Assembly: GCA_964016885.1 (NCBI GenBank)
Contig: OZ024741.1
Span: forward strand, 405,046,001 to 405,110,000
DNA: 64,000 nt
Source of the DNA: Eledone cirrhosa
Taxonomy: Eukaryota
Reading direction: 5' to 3'
The notes beneath the pieces are model-generated. The model ran no database searches. It was given only the letters and a program-made list of their open reading frames with translations, and was not told where the DNA came from. This document shows, piece after piece, positions 61,995 to 64,000 of the stretch. Made by a program: the position numbers and the translations under genes. The number at the start of each line of letters is the position of its first letter. Within the stretch, counting starts at the first letter, position 1.

Positions 61995-64000
61995 TATTTT
62001 ATAATTAATTGTGACAACCTTCACAACTACTTTATAAATAATTTTTACAGCTTTTCACAACTATTTTATAATTAATTGTGACAACCTTCACAACTATTTT
62101 ATAATTAATTGTGACAACCTTCACAACTATTTTATAATTAATTTTTAAAGATTTTCACAACTATTTTATAATTAATTGTGACAACCTTCACAACTATTTT
62201 ATAATTAATTGTGACAACCTTCACAACTATTTTATAATTAATTGTGACAACCTTCACAACTATTTTATAATGAATTGTGACAACCTTCACAACTATTTTA
62301 TAATTAATTTTTACAGCTTTTCACAACTATTTTATAATTAATTGTGACAACCTTCACACCTATTTTATAATTAATTGTGACAACCTTCACAACTATTTTA
62401 TAATTAATTGTTACAGATTTTCACAACTATTTTATAATTAATTGTGACAACCTTCACAACTATTTTATAATGAATTGTGACAACCTTCACAACTATTTTA
62501 TAATTAATTTTTACAGCTTTTCACAACTATTTTATAATTAATTGTGACAACCTTCACAACTATTTAATAATTAATTTTTTCAGCTTTTCACAACTATTTT
62601 ATAATGAACTGTGACAACCTTCACAACTATTTTATAATGAATTGTGACAACCTTCACAACTATTTTATAATGAATTGTGACAACCTTCACAAATATTTTA
62701 TAATTAATTTTTACAGCTTTTCACAACTATTTTATAATTAATTGTGACAACCTTCACAACTATTTTATATTAATTGTGACAACCTTCACAACTATTTTAT
62801 AATTAATTTTTACAGATTTTCACAACTATTTTATAATTAATTGTGACAAACTTCACAACTATTTTATAATTAATGTTTACAGCTTTTCACAACTATTTTA
62901 TAATTAATAATTAATTATGACAACCTTCACAACTATTTTATAATTAATTGTGACAACCTTCACAACTATTTTATAATGAATTGTGACAACCTTCACAACT
63001 ATTTTATAAATAATTTTTACAGCTTTTCACAACTATTTTATAATTAATTGTGACAACCTTCACAACTATTTTATAATTAATCGTGACAACCTTCACAACT
63101 ATTTTATAATTGATTTTTACAGCTTTTCACAACTATTTTATAATTAATTGTGACAACCTTCACAACTATTTTATAATTAATTGTGACAACCTTCACAACT
63201 ATTTTATAATTAATTTTTACAGCTTTTCACAACTATTTTATAATGAATTGTGACAACATTCACAACTATTTTATAATGAATTGTGACAATCTTCACAACT
63301 ATTTTATAATTAATTGTGACAACCTTCACAACTATTTTACAATTAATTGTGACAACCTTCACAACTATTTTATAATGAATTGTGACAACCTTCACAACTA
63401 TTTTATAATTAATTGTGACAACCTTCACAACTATTTTATAATGAATTGTGACAACCTTCACAACTATTTTATAATGAATTGTGACAACATTCACAACTAT
63501 TTTATAGTTAATTTTTTCAGCTTTTCACAACTATTTTATAATGAATTGTGACAACCTTCACAACTTTTTAATAATGAATTGTGACAAACTTCACAACTAT
63601 TTTATAATTAATTGTGACAACCTTCACAACTACTTTATAAATAATTTTTACAGCTTTTCACAACTATTTTATAATTAATTGTGACAACCTTCACAACTAT
63701 TTTATAATTAATTGTGACAACCTTCACAACTACTTTAGAATTAATTTTTACAGCTTTTCACAACTATTTTATAATTAATTGTGACAACCTTCACTACTAT
63801 TTTATAATTTATTTTTACAGCTTTTCACAACTATTTTATAATGAATTGTGACAAACTTCACAACTATTTTATAATGAATTTTTACAGCTTTTCACAACTA
63901 TTTTATAATTAATTGTGACAACCTTCACAACTATTTTATAATTAATTTTTTCAGCTTTTCACAACTATTTTATAATGAACTGTGACAACCTTCACGACTA

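Larger units (their letters stand above)
1..64000 (+). repeat. Uninterrupted 33/34-bp AT-rich tandem satellite array (~1,900 monomers), open at both window edges
   Basis: Every line consists of variants of the A or B monomer sharing the core TTCACAACTATTTTATAAT. All monomers have the same orientation, and I saw no inversion or foreign insertion. Confidence 0.99.

Noticed and set aside
813-63551. ORFs encoding (NCDNLHNYFI[I/M])n on + and (KVVTI[N/H]YKIVV)n on -, up to 267 aa
   Set aside because: The 33-bp A monomer has a stop-free frame on each strand. ORFs begin and end where 34-bp monomers shift the frame, overlap antisense, and have no unique domains.
1-64000. CRISPR array (33-bp repeat with dyad, ending ACAAC)
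   Set aside because: Monomers abut directly with no unique spacers, leader or cas genes.
1-64000. Telomeric repeat or transposon/MITE array
   Set aside because: No G-rich telomerase-type unit, terminal inverted repeats, target-site duplications or transposase remnants.
1-64000. Sequencing concatemer or synthetic array
   Set aside because: Nested duplications with inherited variants at several divergence levels fit natural satellite evolution. Individual duplications still need read validation.
1-64000. Nucleosome-length 5-mer (~166 bp) higher-order repeat
   Set aside because: A-run lengths between B monomers are irregular, and I saw no fixed 5-monomer period.
1-64000. Assignment to a named satellite family, species or centromere
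   Set aside because: I do not recognise the monomer. This needs a BLAST/Dfam/Repbase search and chromatin data.

Overview
All 64 kb is one head-to-tail, very AT-rich (~23% GC) tandem satellite of roughly 1,900 monomers. I found no genes, RNA genes, transposons, CRISPR spacers or unique sequence. Two monomer classes are interspersed: A, 33 bp, TATTTTATAAT(T/G)AATTGTGACAACCTTCACAAC, and B, 34 bp, TATTTTATAATTAATTTTTACAGCTTTTCACAAC. Every listed ORF is an artefact of the 33-bp (11-codon) period. The structure is a nested hierarchy: a ~11-bp proto-repeat, 33/34-bp monomers, ordered variant cassettes recurring every ~1-4.5 kb, and a near-identical 27,459-bp tandem macro-duplication whose junction maps to ~22,130, followed by younger 2,594/2,158/1,227/2,260-bp duplications. 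Each A monomer carries a perfect dyad, TTGTGA-N6-TCACAA (the CRP/CAP-box core geometry), which B lacks. It looks most like eukaryotic heterochromatic, centromeric or subtelomeric satellite, but I cannot identify the organism or family from sequence alone. Comparisons were made by eye and from ORF-track offsets, so counts are minimum estimates.
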